In this document: positions 35,741-46,132 of the stretch, in pieces
Layout of the letters: the number at the start of each line of letters is the position of its first letter
Numbering within the stretch: the first letter of the stretch is position 1
Source: Nitrospinales bacterium
GTDB taxonomy: Bacteria > Nitrospinota > Nitrospinia > Nitrospinales > VA-1
DNA: 64,000 nucleotides
Reading direction: 5' to 3'
Assembly (NCBI GenBank): GCA_965223345.1
Contig: CBDCWG010000012.1
Span: 1,664,001 to 1,728,000 of the forward strand
The notes under the pieces: generated by a model
What the model saw: the letters and a program-made list of their open reading frames with translations, nothing else
Told to the model about the DNA's origin: nothing
Database searches by the model: none
Program-made: the position numbers and the translations under genes

Positions 35741-37873
35741 TCAGAGAATGTGCATCAGGTCCAGTTTCTTGCCCAGCGTGCGGTGCAGGGTCTGTTTGAG
35801 CCGGGCGTGTTCGGGATCATTCAGAAGCGGGTCCCGGTCGATCAGGGCGAAGGCCTCCTTGCGCGCCGCATCGAGCCACTGCATGTCGCGCAGCAGGTTG
35901 GCGACGCGCAGCAGGGGCATTCCCGACTGGCGGGTCCCCATGAAATCCCCGGGTCCGCGGATCTTGAGGTCCTCCTCCGCGATCACGAAGCCGTCGCTCG
36001 ATCCGTGCACGGCCTTGAGCCGCGCCTTGCCGTCCTCGCTCAGAGGGTGGTAGGCGATCAGGAAGCATTGCGAGGCGTGCTCGCCGCGGCCGACGCGCCC
36101 GCGCAGCTGGTGGATCTGCGACAGGCCGAAGCGTTCCGCGTGCTCGATGATCATCAGCGTCGCGTTGGGCACGTCGATGCCCACTTCGATCACCGTGGTG
36201 GCCACCAGCGTGTGCAGCGTGCCTGCGGCGAAAGCGGCCATGATGTTCTGCCGCTCCTCCTTCTTGAGTTTGCCGTGGATGAGCGCCAGGCCGCCGTCGG
36301 GAAACCAGCGTTCCTTCAAATGGTCGTGCACCTCGATGGCGGCCTTGAGTTCGATGGCGTCGGACTCCTCGATCAACGGGCAGACCACATAGGCCTGGCG
36401 GCCCTTTTTGACCTCTTCGCTCAGCAGGGCGTAGGCCTCGTCTCTTTTTTCTCCGTAAAAAATCCGCGTGGTGATGGGTTTGCGTCCCGGCGGGTGTTCG
36501 TCGAGAAAGGAAACGTCCATCTCGCCATACAGCGTGAGCGCCAGCGAGCGCGGGATGGGGGTGGCGGTCATGATGAGGACGTGCGGGCGCGTTCCCTTTT
36601 TCCCCAGCGCTTCGCGCTGCAGCACGCCGAAGCGGTGCTGCTCGTCGATGACGGCGAGGCCGAGCCGCTGAAAGGCGACGGTCTTCTGGATCAGGGCGTG
36701 GGTGCCGACCACGATCTTGGTTTCGCCGCTTTCGATGCGGGCCAGGCTTTTTTTCTTCTCGCCGGCGGGGGCGGCGCTGGTGACCAGATCGATCGCGACG
36801 CCCAGCTTGCGGCAGAAGGGTTCGAGCGTCAGGTAATGCTGCTCGGCGAGGATCTCGGTGGGCACCATGAGAGCGCCCTGGGTCTGGTTTTCCACCGCGG
36901 TGAGCAGGGAGGTCAGGGCGATCACGGTCTTGCCGGTGCCGACGTCGCCCTGAATCAGCCGGTTCATCGGCCGCGGGTGTTCGAGATCGTGCATGATCTC
37001 CCCGAGCACGCGCTTCTGCGCGCCGGTCAATTCGTACGGCAGCAGGCGGATGAAGCTGCGGATCAGCTCGCCGCGCGTCTGGAAGGCCAGGCCGTGCACC
37101 GTTTCGTGCGCGTGTTTTTTGCGGTAGGCGAGGCCGGTCTGTATGAGAAAAAACTCCTCGAAGATGAGCCGCTTCTGCGCCGCGGTGCGGAAGGCGTCGA
37201 GCTCTTTGAGGGACGCGCCTTTCGGCGGCAGGTGCGCGTCGCGGATGGCGGCGGCCCGTTCGGGCAATTTGTTGCGTTTGAGGATGGAGGGCGGCAGAAA
37301 TTCCTCCAGCAGCGGGGCGTATTTTTCCACCACGTTCTGCATCAGGGTGCGCAGGGATTTCATGTGCAGCCCTTCGGTGTTGTGGTAGACGGGCAGGATG
37401 CGCCCCATGTCCGGCGTCGCGTCGGCGTTGGCGCTCAAGGGCTCCGAATCGGGATGCACAAATTCCAGACCGGAACCGCCGTAACGGCTCCAGGCGGGTT
37501 TTCCCGAAAACACCCAGCGGGTGCCCGGCTGAAACCGTTCGCTCAGGTAGGATTCCTTGAAGCGGAACCAGCGGCCGCGCACGCTGCCGGTGTCGTCTTT
37601 GATCAGCACGTCGAAGATCTTTTTGCGCCGGCCCATGCGGCTGACGCCCGCGTGCACCACCTCGCCGGTGAAGGTGACGGTTTCGCCGGGGGTGATCTCG
37701 GAGATTTTGCGCACCTGGCTGCGGTCCTCGAAGCGGAACGGCAGAAAATAAAGGCAGTCCTCGATGCTCTCGATGCCGAGCTTCTGCAGCAGTTGCGCCC
37801 GTTTGGGACCCACGCCCTTGATGTATTGCAGCGGATCGTCGAGCGAGGGTTTCGGGTTGCGGGTGGTTTTCAT
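35741..37873 (-). CDS. recG: ATP-dependent DNA helicase RecG
   Basis: KGVGPKRA, LTGAQ, MNRLIQGDVGTGKT, DEQHRFG, MTATPIPR, HQLRGRVGRG, RGPGD. Confidence 0.98.
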   Translation of the reverse strand: MKTTRNPKPSLDDPLQYIKGVGPKRAQLLQKLGIESIEDCLYFLPFRFEDRSQVRKISEITPGETVTFTGEVVHAGVSRMGRRKKIFDVLIKDDTGSVRGRWFRFKESYLSERFQPGTRWVFSGKPAWSRYGGSGLEFVHPDSEPLSANADATPDMGRILPVYHNTEGLHMKSLRTLMQNVVEKYAPLLEEFLPPSILKRNKLPERAAAIRDAHLPPKGASLKELDAFRTAAQKRLIFEEFFLIQTGLAYRKKHAHETVHGLAFQTRGELIRSFIRLLPYELTGAQKRVLGEIMHDLEHPRPMNRLIQGDVGTGKTVIALTSLLTAVENQTQGALMVPTEILAEQHYLTLEPFCRKLGVAIDLVTSAAPAGEKKKSLARIESGETKIVVGTHALIQKTVAFQRLGLAVIDEQHRFGVLQREALGKKGTRPHVLIMTATPIPRSLALTLYGEMDVSFLDEHPPGRKPITTRIFYGEKRDEAYALLSEEVKKGRQAYVVCPLIEESDAIELKAAIEVHDHLKERWFPDGGLALIHGKLKKEERQNIMAAFAAGTLHTLVATTVIEVGIDVPNATLMIIEHAERFGLSQIHQLRGRVGRGEHASQCFLIAYHPLSEDGKARLKAVHGSSDGFVIAEEDLKIRGPGDFMGTRQSGMPLLRVANLLRDMQWLDAARKEAFALIDRDPLLNDPEHARLKQTLHRTLGKKLDLMHIL

Positions 37874-38170
37874 CCCGGATGGCGTCGTCGATGGAAAATA
37901 TTAAAAATCAAACCCGTTGCAAACCGCGTTCTCCGACCCGCATCCGATCCTGTCGGGATGCGGGCGCATAAGTGCGGTGCTAAGGGCATACAAAACAGCG
38001 GCTCTCTTGCCCGTATGGATGCTGCCGCCGGGCGGGCTTTTGTTCATAGCATACCCTTTCGGGCAGGGGAAGGGGCTTTCGCCGGATCGGGATATTGGAA
38101 AAATCTGCTTCTCAGGCGGCGATCCTTCATCCTAGTTTATACATCGTATCGGTCTGGCACGTCTCTACGG

Positions 38171-38200
38171 TTGACAATTACAGGGAAACAGAAGTATTCT
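38171..38200 (+). promoter_or_regulatory. Candidate sigma70 promoter for relA/spoT
   Basis: TTGACA-n18-TATTCT about 100 nt upstream of the start. Confidence 0.55.
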
Positions 38201-38298
38201 TAAAATGAGCTAAACTATACTATTTTCAGCATTTTTTAGCTAAGTGGCTCTAATTTCACCCTTTTAGCGGATCAAGCCCGTTTGGGGCCGAAATCGGC

Positions 38299-40554
38299 AT
38301 GCGGAAAATTAAAGATCTCACAGATGCGGTGCTGAATTACCACCCGGAAGCGGATGTGGACGTCATTCTGGACGCCTATCTGTATTCGGCGAAAGCGCAC
38401 CGCGGCCAGAGCCGCCGTTCGGGCGAAGCGTACATATCGCATCCGCTGGAAGTCGCCTACAACCTCACCCTGCTGAAGATGGACGAGCAGACCGTTGCCG
38501 CCGGCCTTCTGCACGACACGATCGAAGACACGCTGGCCACGCCGGAAGAAATCCAGGATCTGTTCGGTGAGGAAATCTACGGTCTGGTGGACGGCGTCAC
38601 CAAGATCAGCAAGATGGAATTTTCCAGCCGCGAAGAGAGTCAGGCGGAAAATTACCGCAAGATGATCTTCGCCATGGGACGGGACATCCGGGTGGTGCTC
38701 ATCAAGCTCGCCGACCGCGCCCACAACCTGAAAACCCTCGAATCCCTGTCGGAAGAGCGCCAGCGGCGCATCGCCCGCGAGACCCTAGACATCTACGCTC
38801 CCATCGCCAACCGCCTGGGTATCGGCTGGCTGCGCTCGGAACTGGAAAACGGCGCGTTCGAATACCTCTTTCCCGAGGAATACCACCGCATGCGCGAGAA
38901 AGTGACCGCAGGCGAGGGCGAGCGCAGCAAATTCGTCAACAAGGTCTGCTCCATCATCACCGATGAGCTGGAAGCGGCGGACATCAAAGCCAGCGTGGCC
39001 GGGCGGCCCAAGCATCTGTACAGCATCTACACGAAGATGATGACGCAGAACATCGGCTTCGAGGATGTGTACGATCTCATCGGCGTGCGCGTGCTCACCG
39101 ATTCGCTCAAGGACTGTTACGCGATTCTGGGCCTGATCCACTCGCTGTGGAAACCGATTCCGGGCCGCTTCAAGGATTACATCGCCATGCCCAAACCGAA
39201 CATGTACCAGTCGCTGCACACGACGGTCATCGGGCCGGAGGGCGAGCGGGTGGAGGTGCAGATCCGCACGCACGAGATGCACAAGATCTGCGAAGAGGGC
39301 ATCGCCGCGCACTGGCAGTACAAGGAAAAGGGAGAGGGCAAGTCGAAGCCGCTCGACAACCAGCTGACCTGGGTGCGGCACCTGCTCGAATACCAGAAGG
39401 ACCTCAAGAATCCCAAGGAATTCCTCAACGCGTTCAAGGTCAACCTGTACCCGCACGAGGTGTACGTGTTTTCCCCGAAGGGGGACGTGATCGCCCTGCC
39501 GCACGGTGCGACGCCGGTGGATTTCGCCTATGCGGTGCACACCGACATCGGCAACCACTGTCTCAACGCCAAGGTGGACGGGAAGATCGTGCCGCTGCGC
39601 TACAAACTGAGAAACGGCAACCAGGTGGAAATCATCACCAGCCGGCAGAAGCACCCCAGCCGCGACTGGCTGTCCTTCGTCAAAACCTCGCGGGCGCGCA
39701 ACCGCATCGCCAACTACATCAACCACCAGGAACGCGAGAAAAGTCTCAGTCTGGGCAAGGAACTTCTGGACAAGGAAATCCTGGAATACGGCCTGTCGCC
39801 GGCGGACCTTCTGAAGGGCAAGCCTCTGGACGACGCCATGCACGCCTGCGGCTACAATTCGCTGGACAGCCTGTTGACCGGCATCGGCGTGGGCAAGCTC
39901 TCCGCCCACCACGTGGTGGAAAAACTGCTGCCGCGGGAGATCCTGCAGGAACGCAAACGCAAGGAAGACGCGGCGCGCATCAAGCTCAAGGAAAAGAAAT
40001 CGCAGAAACCGGTTGAGAACGCCATCAAGGTCAAATGCATCAACGAGGAGATCCTGCTTCGGGTCGGCAAATGCTGCAATCCCGTGCCGGGGGACCCGAT
40101 CCTCGGCTACATCACGCGCGGGCGCGGGGTGACGGTGCACCATATGGACTGCCCGAGCGTCAGCGACATCGGCCAGGAATCCGAACGGCTGGTGGAGGTC
40201 GAATGGGACACCGGGCACAAGACGAACTACCCGACGCGCATTTCCATCGTCACCCAGGACAAGCCGGGACTGCTCGCCAGCATCAGTAGCGTGCTGGCCG
40301 AATGCGACATCAACATCATCCGCGCCAATGTGCAGCAGGGGCCCAACAAACGGGCCTATTTCGACCTGTCCATCGAGATCCAGGATCTGATGCAGCTCAA
40401 CCAGACCTTAGACAAGGTGCGCAAGGTCGATGGGGTGATTCATCTGGAGAGGGTCAAGGAGTACCGCAAGAAAACGCTTCGGAGGGCGAAGGGGATCGAG
40501 GCGAAGGAGCAGCTGAACCTCCGCGAGGACGACGTGGAGGTCACGTTCAACTGA
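38299..40554 (+). CDS. relA: Bifunctional (p)ppGpp synthetase/hydrolase (Rel/SpoT)
   Basis: R.SGE.Y..HP, intact HD motif LHDTIEDT, KLADR.HN, GRPKH.YSI, YQSLHT, EVQIRT, TGS, CCNPVPGD, ACT domain. Confidence 0.97.
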   Translation: MRKIKDLTDAVLNYHPEADVDVILDAYLYSAKAHRGQSRRSGEAYISHPLEVAYNLTLLKMDEQTVAAGLLHDTIEDTLATPEEIQDLFGEEIYGLVDGVTKISKMEFSSREESQAENYRKMIFAMGRDIRVVLIKLADRAHNLKTLESLSEERQRRIARETLDIYAPIANRLGIGWLRSELENGAFEYLFPEEYHRMREKVTAGEGERSKFVNKVCSIITDELEAADIKASVAGRPKHLYSIYTKMMTQNIGFEDVYDLIGVRVLTDSLKDCYAILGLIHSLWKPIPGRFKDYIAMPKPNMYQSLHTTVIGPEGERVEVQIRTHEMHKICEEGIAAHWQYKEKGEGKSKPLDNQLTWVRHLLEYQKDLKNPKEFLNAFKVNLYPHEVYVFSPKGDVIALPHGATPVDFAYAVHTDIGNHCLNAKVDGKIVPLRYKLRNGNQVEIITSRQKHPSRDWLSFVKTSRARNRIANYINHQEREKSLSLGKELLDKEILEYGLSPADLLKGKPLDDAMHACGYNSLDSLLTGIGVGKLSAHHVVEKLLPREILQERKRKEDAARIKLKEKKSQKPVENAIKVKCINEEILLRVGKCCNPVPGDPILGYITRGRGVTVHHMDCPSVSDIGQESERLVEVEWDTGHKTNYPTRISIVTQDKPGLLASISSVLAECDINIIRANVQQGPNKRAYFDLSIEIQDLMQLNQTLDKVRKVDGVIHLERVKEYRKKTLRRAKGIEAKEQLNLREDDVEVTFN

Positions 40555-40746
40555 TCAGCAGACTTTGGCGACTTTGCCGCCTTTGAGGCAGCGGGTGCAG
40601 ACTTTCATCGTCCGCACGGCGCCTTCATACATCACCTTGAGTTTTTTCAGATTCGGGTTCCAGCGCCGCCGCGTGGTGTTGTTGGCGTGACTGACGTTGT
40701 TGCCGAAGAGGGGGCCTTTGTCGCAAACCTCACATCTTTTGGCCAT
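40555..40746 (-). CDS. rpmB: 50S ribosomal protein L28
   Basis: [30 protein letters not shown]...VCTRCLK. Confidence 0.97.
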   Translation of the reverse strand: MAKRCEVCDKGPLFGNNVSHANNTTRRRWNPNLKKLKVMYEGAVRTMKVCTRCLKGGKVAKVC

Positions 40747-40839
40747 GAAGCGCTCCTGTACGAAAAACATTGTTTGAACAAAGATCCGATGCTACCATAC
40801 GGTCCATTGAGCGGCAAGAAAATTCAGGGGATCCAGGTG

Positions 40840-41070
40840 ATGCTCATCAACAAAGATACCCGCATCAACGACATCATCAGCGCCTACCCCGGCGCGATGA
40901 AATTTTTTGCCGATTTGAACATGAGCTGCAGCCAGTGCTTCGCCGTGAAGTTCGACACCCTGGAAAACGGCGCGTTGATGCACGGCATGGACGTGAACGT
41001 CCTGATCGACAAGCTCAACCGGTTTCTCATGCAGAGCGCCGCCCATTCCGCCCCCACGCCGCCGGAATAA
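40840..41070 (+). CDS. DUF1858-domain protein
   Basis: I.KD..I.DII..YP....F, M.C..C....DTLE..A..HG.D...L...LN. Confidence 0.8.
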   Translation: MLINKDTRINDIISAYPGAMKFFADLNMSCSQCFAVKFDTLENGALMHGMDVNVLIDKLNRFLMQSAAHSAPTPPE

Positions 41071-41211
41071 ACACCCGCCTCAGGCAAATTTCCCCTTTAA
41101 ATTCAGCTATTTATAGTGTATTTTGAAATCCGGACTCTGAGGCAGGAACGCCTTTCCGCCCGCAAGGGCGTCACGCGTGTTCAGAATGAGGGAATGGGCC
41201 GGAACCCCGAA

Positions 41212-41541
41212 TCAACCGAGGAATTTCGATTCGGTGATGATGTCCTTGAGGATTTTGCCAGCCAGTTCGCGGCTGTCCACTTTGAACCGGCCTTCGGCGA
41301 TTTCCCGCTTGATGCGGTCCACCTTTTCGACGCGGATGGCGTCGGGTTCGGCTTTGACCGAGTCGATGGCTCCCTGAAGCGCTTTGGCCTGTGAGGAAAA
41401 CGCGGCGCGGTCTCCACCCTGAACCGAGCTGGACGAGGAAGTGGCGTCTTTGTCGCCTTTTGCCACGGGCTGCTTGTTGCCAACTCGCAACTTGTTCTGG
41501 ATGGCTTTGTTCTTTATTTCGGGTATTTCCATGACCGTCAC
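41212..41541 (-). CDS. flgM: Anti-sigma-28 factor FlgM
   Basis: D...FS..A, R.EKV.RIK.EI..G.FKVD..ELA.KI; sigma28 promoter upstream. Confidence 0.88.
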   Translation of the reverse strand: MTVMEIPEIKNKAIQNKLRVGNKQPVAKGDKDATSSSSSVQGGDRAAFSSQAKALQGAIDSVKAEPDAIRVEKVDRIKREIAEGRFKVDSRELAGKILKDIITESKFLG

Positions 41542-41652
41542 CTGGGGAGCAAATTATCCTTTATTTACGTTAATTTGGCTGAAATTCGGGCGTTTATCGG
41601 AACCGCACGGTTACAGCCAGTCCATTTCAAAACACTCCCCCCGCAAGTTTTC

Positions 41653-41679
41653 CTATCGGCAGGATTGTGGAAAACTTGA
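41653..41679 (-). promoter_or_regulatory. Sigma-28 (FliA) promoter of flgM
   Basis: TCAAG-n14-GCCGATAG on the minus strand. Confidence 0.75.
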
Positions 41680-41846
41680 GCGCTTCCGCAATTTCAGAGG
41701 CTCATTTCCGTCAAAATATCGGTTAATACCGGGTTTGTCAAGGCTGGCCGGATGGGGTTCGGGATGGTATTATTTTCAGGTTCCTTGCCGGTTTCACAAC
41801 CGGTGCGGCAAACCGTTGACAATCGGCGCGTTCTTCAAAAAGGCCC

Positions 41847-42284
41847 ATGCCTCCCAGAAATCCCACACCGACAGTGGATATCATCATCGAAATGCAGGAA
41901 GGGCAGGTCGTCCTGATCCGCAGAGCCAACCCTCCGGAGGGCTGGGCGCTGCCGGGGGGCTACGTGGACTACGGCGAGTCCCTGGAGCAGGCGGCGGTGC
42001 GTGAGGCGAAAGAGGAGACGTCGCTGGATATCCAGCTCAAGGGGCAGTTCCACACGTATTCCGACCCGGCGCGGGATGCGCGCCAGCACAACATATCCAC
42101 GGTGTTCGTGGCCTCGGCCACAGGCAGCCCGAAAGCGGACTCGGACGCGAAAGATCTGGGGGTGTTTGCGCGCGATGCGTTGCCCGAGCCTCTGGCCTTC
42201 GATCATGCGGCGATTCTCGACGATTATTTTTCCATACGCGACCGGGCGGGCGGCGAACCGTTTTCCCGGCAGATCAAACCCTGA
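41847..42284 (+). CDS. NUDIX hydrolase
   Basis: WALPGG.VD.GESLE.AA.RE.KEET Nudix box; YSDP.RD.R.H; LAFDH. Confidence 0.95.
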   Translation: MPPRNPTPTVDIIIEMQEGQVVLIRRANPPEGWALPGGYVDYGESLEQAAVREAKEETSLDIQLKGQFHTYSDPARDARQHNISTVFVASATGSPKADSDAKDLGVFARDALPEPLAFDHAAILDDYFSIRDRAGGEPFSRQIKP

Positions 42285-42286
42285 CG

Positions 42287-43234
42287 GTGGCGCGCTTGTT
42301 TTCCTTCTCTTTTGCCCACAGACGAACGGCCGGGGTGTGTCTCACACTGCTTTTTCTGTTTTCAGGGGGCTCTGCATCACAGTCCTGGGCGGAAAAGCCG
42401 GCGCAGTCTTCAAACCCGAGCTGGGGTTATCTCAAAACGCTGACCGGGTTCGGGCCGCGCTATCCCGGAAGTCCGGGGCACAAGCGCACGATCGCGCTTC
42501 TCAAGCAGGTGGGGGAGAAGTACGCCGATTCGGTGGAGGTGCAGGCGTTCTCGCATGCACGCTCCGGCGAGAAACCGCTCGCGCTTTCCAACGTCATCCT
42601 GACCTTCAACGGTCAGCAGAAAGGCCCGCCGGTTCTCATCGGCACGCACCACGACACGCGCCCCTTCGCGGATGAGGAAACCAATCCCGCTTTGCGCTCC
42701 CGCCCGATTCTGGGCGCCAACGACGGCGGTTCCGGCACCGCGGTGCTGTTGGCGCTGGCGGAGCACCTGAGCCGCAACCGCCCGAGCCGCACGGTGCAGC
42801 TGGTGTTTTTCGACGGGGAGGATTGGGGTGAAAAGGGTTCCGGCGAAAATCTTCTCGGCTCGATCCATTACGCCAACAGCCTGCGCGATTCGGACACGAA
42901 AGAGCTGCCCTACTGCGTGCTGGTGATCGACATGATCGGCGACCGCAATCTGGAAATTTACCGGGAATCGTTTTCCGTCAAGCACGCGGCCTGGCTGGTG
43001 GATCTGATCTTCAAGATCGCCGCGAAGAAAAACCTGCCTCAGTTCAAGAACAAGCTCAAATACACGATCTACGACGACCACTATCCCTTCATCGGGCTCG
43101 GCGTCCCCTCTGTGGTGCTGATCGATTTCGACTACCCGCACTGGCACAAAATGACCGACACGCTGGACAAATGTTCGCCGGAGAGTCTTGCGATCGTGTT
43201 CGATGTGGTGGTGGAGGTGCTGAAAAAACTGTGA
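42287..43234 (+). CDS. M28-family peptidase / glutaminyl-cyclase-like, secreted
   Basis: GPR.PGS, HHDTRP, GANDGGSG, FFDGED, DMIGD, DDH.PF, WH...DT. Confidence 0.88.
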   Translation: MARLFSFSFAHRRTAGVCLTLLFLFSGGSASQSWAEKPAQSSNPSWGYLKTLTGFGPRYPGSPGHKRTIALLKQVGEKYADSVEVQAFSHARSGEKPLALSNVILTFNGQQKGPPVLIGTHHDTRPFADEETNPALRSRPILGANDGGSGTAVLLALAEHLSRNRPSRTVQLVFFDGEDWGEKGSGENLLGSIHYANSLRDSDTKELPYCVLVIDMIGDRNLEIYRESFSVKHAAWLVDLIFKIAAKKNLPQFKNKLKYTIYDDHYPFIGLGVPSVVLIDFDYPHWHKMTDTLDKCSPESLAIVFDVVVEVLKKL

Positions 43235-43269
43235 GTGGTGCGGGCTGGCCGGGGAGGGGGCGAACGGCC

Positions 43270-44649
43270 TCAGCGCGGGATGCGCCGTTGCAGCTCGGAG
43301 CGCTTGAGCTGCGCTTCCAGATCGTCGGGATCCATCTGCAGGATGATGTCCAGTTGCTTTCGCGCTTTGTCCATGTCTCCGCGGCCGTAATGGATGTCGT
43401 ACAGTTTCCAGTGCAGAGAGAGGAAGTCCACACCCAGACTGACCGACATCTGATAGGCCTGTTGCGCTTTGTCCCACTGGTTGAGTGAGAAATAAGCGTT
43501 GCCGAGGTTGTAGTGGGCGATGGCGAATTCCGGGTCGAGCTCCAGGGTTTTTTTGATGTGCTGCAGCGCTTCCTGAGCGCGGCCGAGCTTGTTCAGAGCG
43601 GCTCCCAGGTTGGAATGCGCCTGGATGAAATTCGGGTAATGGGCGATCGCCCGCTTGAACAGTTCCACCGCTTCCTCGACTTTCCCCGCGCGGAAATAAT
43701 AGCCTCCCAGATTGGACAGCACTTCCGGAAATTTCGGGTTGAGGCGCAGGATCTGTTCGTAGGCCTGCGTGGTTTTCTCGGGCATGCCCTTGTCCCGGAA
43801 GGCGACCGCCTGGTCGTAGAGCGCCAGGATGAACTGCGGATCGAGGCTCAGGGCCTGGTCGAACAACTCCAGCGCGCGGTCCGGGTCGCCCTGGGCGTAG
43901 AGCGCGAAATTGCCCTTGTAATAGAGCGCTTCCTTGGAGGTTTTGTCTTCCTCGAGGATCTGCTTGAGCTTGCGCCGGTTTGTCGCCTTCAAAAACGGTT
44001 TGACCTCATCGATGGGCAACGCGAGGTTGATCGAACGCCCTTCGACGGTGGCGATGCCGAGCACCTGGTTTTCCCGGTTCAGCAGCGGCCCGCCGCTGAA
44101 GCCGGGACCGAAGTCCGTGGTGGTGTAGATATAGGAAAAATCCGGAAACGCCTGCGGATGCACCCCGAGCACGAAGCCGTAGGTCTGCAGGATGATTCCC
44201 TTTTCCTTGCCGTCTTCCTCGCTCACGTTGCGGGACGGGTAGCCCAGGGCGCTGGTGTATTCGAAGGGTTTGAGCCCGGTGGAATCCGCCAGTTCCAGGG
44301 TGGAATAAAACCCCTCTGTCAGCTGCAGCACCGCGAAGTCTTTTTTGCGGTCGATCTTCACAACCCAATCGACGGCAGCCTGCTCGCCGTTGGGAAAATG
44401 GGCGTCCACCGATACGGCGTCCACCAGCACGTGGTAGTTGGTGATCAGGGTGCCGCCGGGATCGACCACGAAGCCGGTGCCGGTGGACACGGTGTTGCCC
44501 TGGCTGTCTTTGGCGATCAACAGGGCGATGGCGCTTTTGTTGGCTTCGTGGCCCCAGGCGGAAACGCCGGGCAGCAAAAAGGAGGCGACCAGGAGGAGGC
44601 AGCCTCCCCGGTGCAGGAAATTTTTCAACTGGTACCGGAAGCGATTCAT
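43270..44649 (-). CDS. Trypsin-like serine protease with C-terminal TPRs
   Basis: GTGF, TNYHV (His), DFA.L (Asp), GFSGGP (Ser); multiple TPRs; signal peptide. Confidence 0.9.
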   Translation of the reverse strand: MNRFRYQLKNFLHRGGCLLLVASFLLPGVSAWGHEANKSAIALLIAKDSQGNTVSTGTGFVVDPGGTLITNYHVLVDAVSVDAHFPNGEQAAVDWVVKIDRKKDFAVLQLTEGFYSTLELADSTGLKPFEYTSALGYPSRNVSEEDGKEKGIILQTYGFVLGVHPQAFPDFSYIYTTTDFGPGFSGGPLLNRENQVLGIATVEGRSINLALPIDEVKPFLKATNRRKLKQILEEDKTSKEALYYKGNFALYAQGDPDRALELFDQALSLDPQFILALYDQAVAFRDKGMPEKTTQAYEQILRLNPKFPEVLSNLGGYYFRAGKVEEAVELFKRAIAHYPNFIQAHSNLGAALNKLGRAQEALQHIKKTLELDPEFAIAHYNLGNAYFSLNQWDKAQQAYQMSVSLGVDFLSLHWKLYDIHYGRGDMDKARKQLDIILQMDPDDLEAQLKRSELQRRIPR

Positions 44650-44867
44650 GCGCGCGTTTTACAGGCGTCGCCAAAGGCGAAGCGGGCGCCTGGATGTGAT
44701 TGAGATAAGGACCTAATGATTTTATAAATTGCGGGTGGGGATTACAACCCCTTTCGCTCTCAGTAAAAAATTAATTTTTTCAATGAGTTGCTGTATGAAT
44801 CGCCGTCTGGCGTCGCAGCGCGGAAGTGGGGGGATGAACCTGTAAGCGGGGCCGGGGAAGCAAACAA

Positions 44868-44897
44868 CGATGCTGCCCCGGACTCGGGGCAGCATCG
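44868..44897 (-). terminator. Terminator hairpin
   Basis: CGATGCTGCCCCG-GACT-CGGGGCAGCATCG perfect 13-bp stem 3' of the DUF4399 gene; short T tail. Confidence 0.7.
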
Positions 44898-44921
44898 GCG
44901 ATGTCTTTGACCGAAAACCGG

Positions 44922-45338
44922 TTATTTGACCGTGACCGTGATCGAATCGGTCAGGGCGGGGTTGTACGGCACATGGTTCCCGGTTGCGAACAGCGTCCGC
45001 AGGGTGTGCTTGCCCGCATCCAGTTTCAGTTCCTTACAGGTGGAGCCGTCACCCATGTGAACGTGGTTGGCGTCTTTCCCGATGGGTTTGCTGAGGTCCT
45101 TGGGAACGTCCACATCGATCAGGATGTGATGATGGCCTTTGCCCTTGTTCACACCTTTTTTCGCCGGTTCTACTTCGACGCCGGAAACTTCCATGCACAC
45201 CTTCACCGGACTGGAAACGGTGGCTCCGTCTTTCGGTTCGGAGATTTTGACAGATTTATCACCGGCGCACGCCGTGGCGACAATCAATGCCAGCAAACTT
45301 CCCACTACCACCATGAACTGAATCGAAAACTTTTTCAT
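44922..45338 (-). CDS. DUF4399-domain periplasmic protein
   Basis: P.DGATVSSPV.V, V.PA, GHHHILID, H.H.G.G, L..GKHTL. Confidence 0.85.
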   Translation of the reverse strand: MKKFSIQFMVVVGSLLALIVATACAGDKSVKISEPKDGATVSSPVKVCMEVSGVEVEPAKKGVNKGKGHHHILIDVDVPKDLSKPIGKDANHVHMGDGSTCKELKLDAGKHTLRTLFATGNHVPYNPALTDSITVTVK

Positions 45339-46132
45339 AATGCCCGGACTCCTAAAAAAATCAAAAACAGGTTGTTAATGGACCTCCCGCGCCCGAATGG
45401 AGTGACGTGACTGGAATCGGTACGTTGGACTTGCAAAACCCGCAAGCGGCGCGAAGCGAACGATTCCCATGTTGCCGGTACGTCGGATCGATTCGCCCAT
45501 TTTGACCTTCATCATTAGCCTGTGAGAAATTCGATCCCAACGAACGCTTCACTCTCGAACCGGGTTTTCAAGTGAGGGGAGGATGTTTTGCTCTATAAGA
45601 TTGACCTTACTATAAAAAAGATTCGAGCTGAAAATTTTTTTTGCATGTCCTTTTGGCCCAATTTGTCCATCGCGCAGGGCGGCAGGGCAGGGGAACCAGG
45701 CCGCATTTTCGGAGACGCTAATTGCGATATCCACATGCAGAACTTGCGCCGGGATTCCGTTTGCGATGTGGATTGTGCAGGCGGGCGATGCACCGGCCGC
45801 AACCGCCTGTGCGGGGCGGGGATGAAAAGCCGCATTTCGCTTGACATGGCGGCGATTGTTCCCTAACCTCATGTCTAAGCCTATATTTTATTTGTTTTTA
45901 CATTGTAACCGCGCCCGTTTTTCAAAGTCCTTGATTGGTTTCCCGTTGAGCCCCGCGCCGATGGGAAACGCCGGAGGGAACGGGCTCCGTTCTTACAGAT
46001 ACAGCCGGAAATTTCAAACGCAATTCCGCTGTCCGCCGTTTCCCGCACCCGGAATATGACAGGGAAGCGAAACCGCAACCGGCCGGCAGCGAAAATCTTG
46101 AATACTTTCAGATTGCAATAGATCAGGAGGTC

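Noticed and set aside
35249..38203. 984-aa + strand ORF
   Set aside because: Antisense shadow of recG and the NusG-II gene, caused by GC-rich codon bias; no motifs. The same applies to long antisense ORFs such as 5048-6406, 16243-17955, 27623-29440, 33870-35714, 38785-40218, 47408-49159 and 55382-57088.
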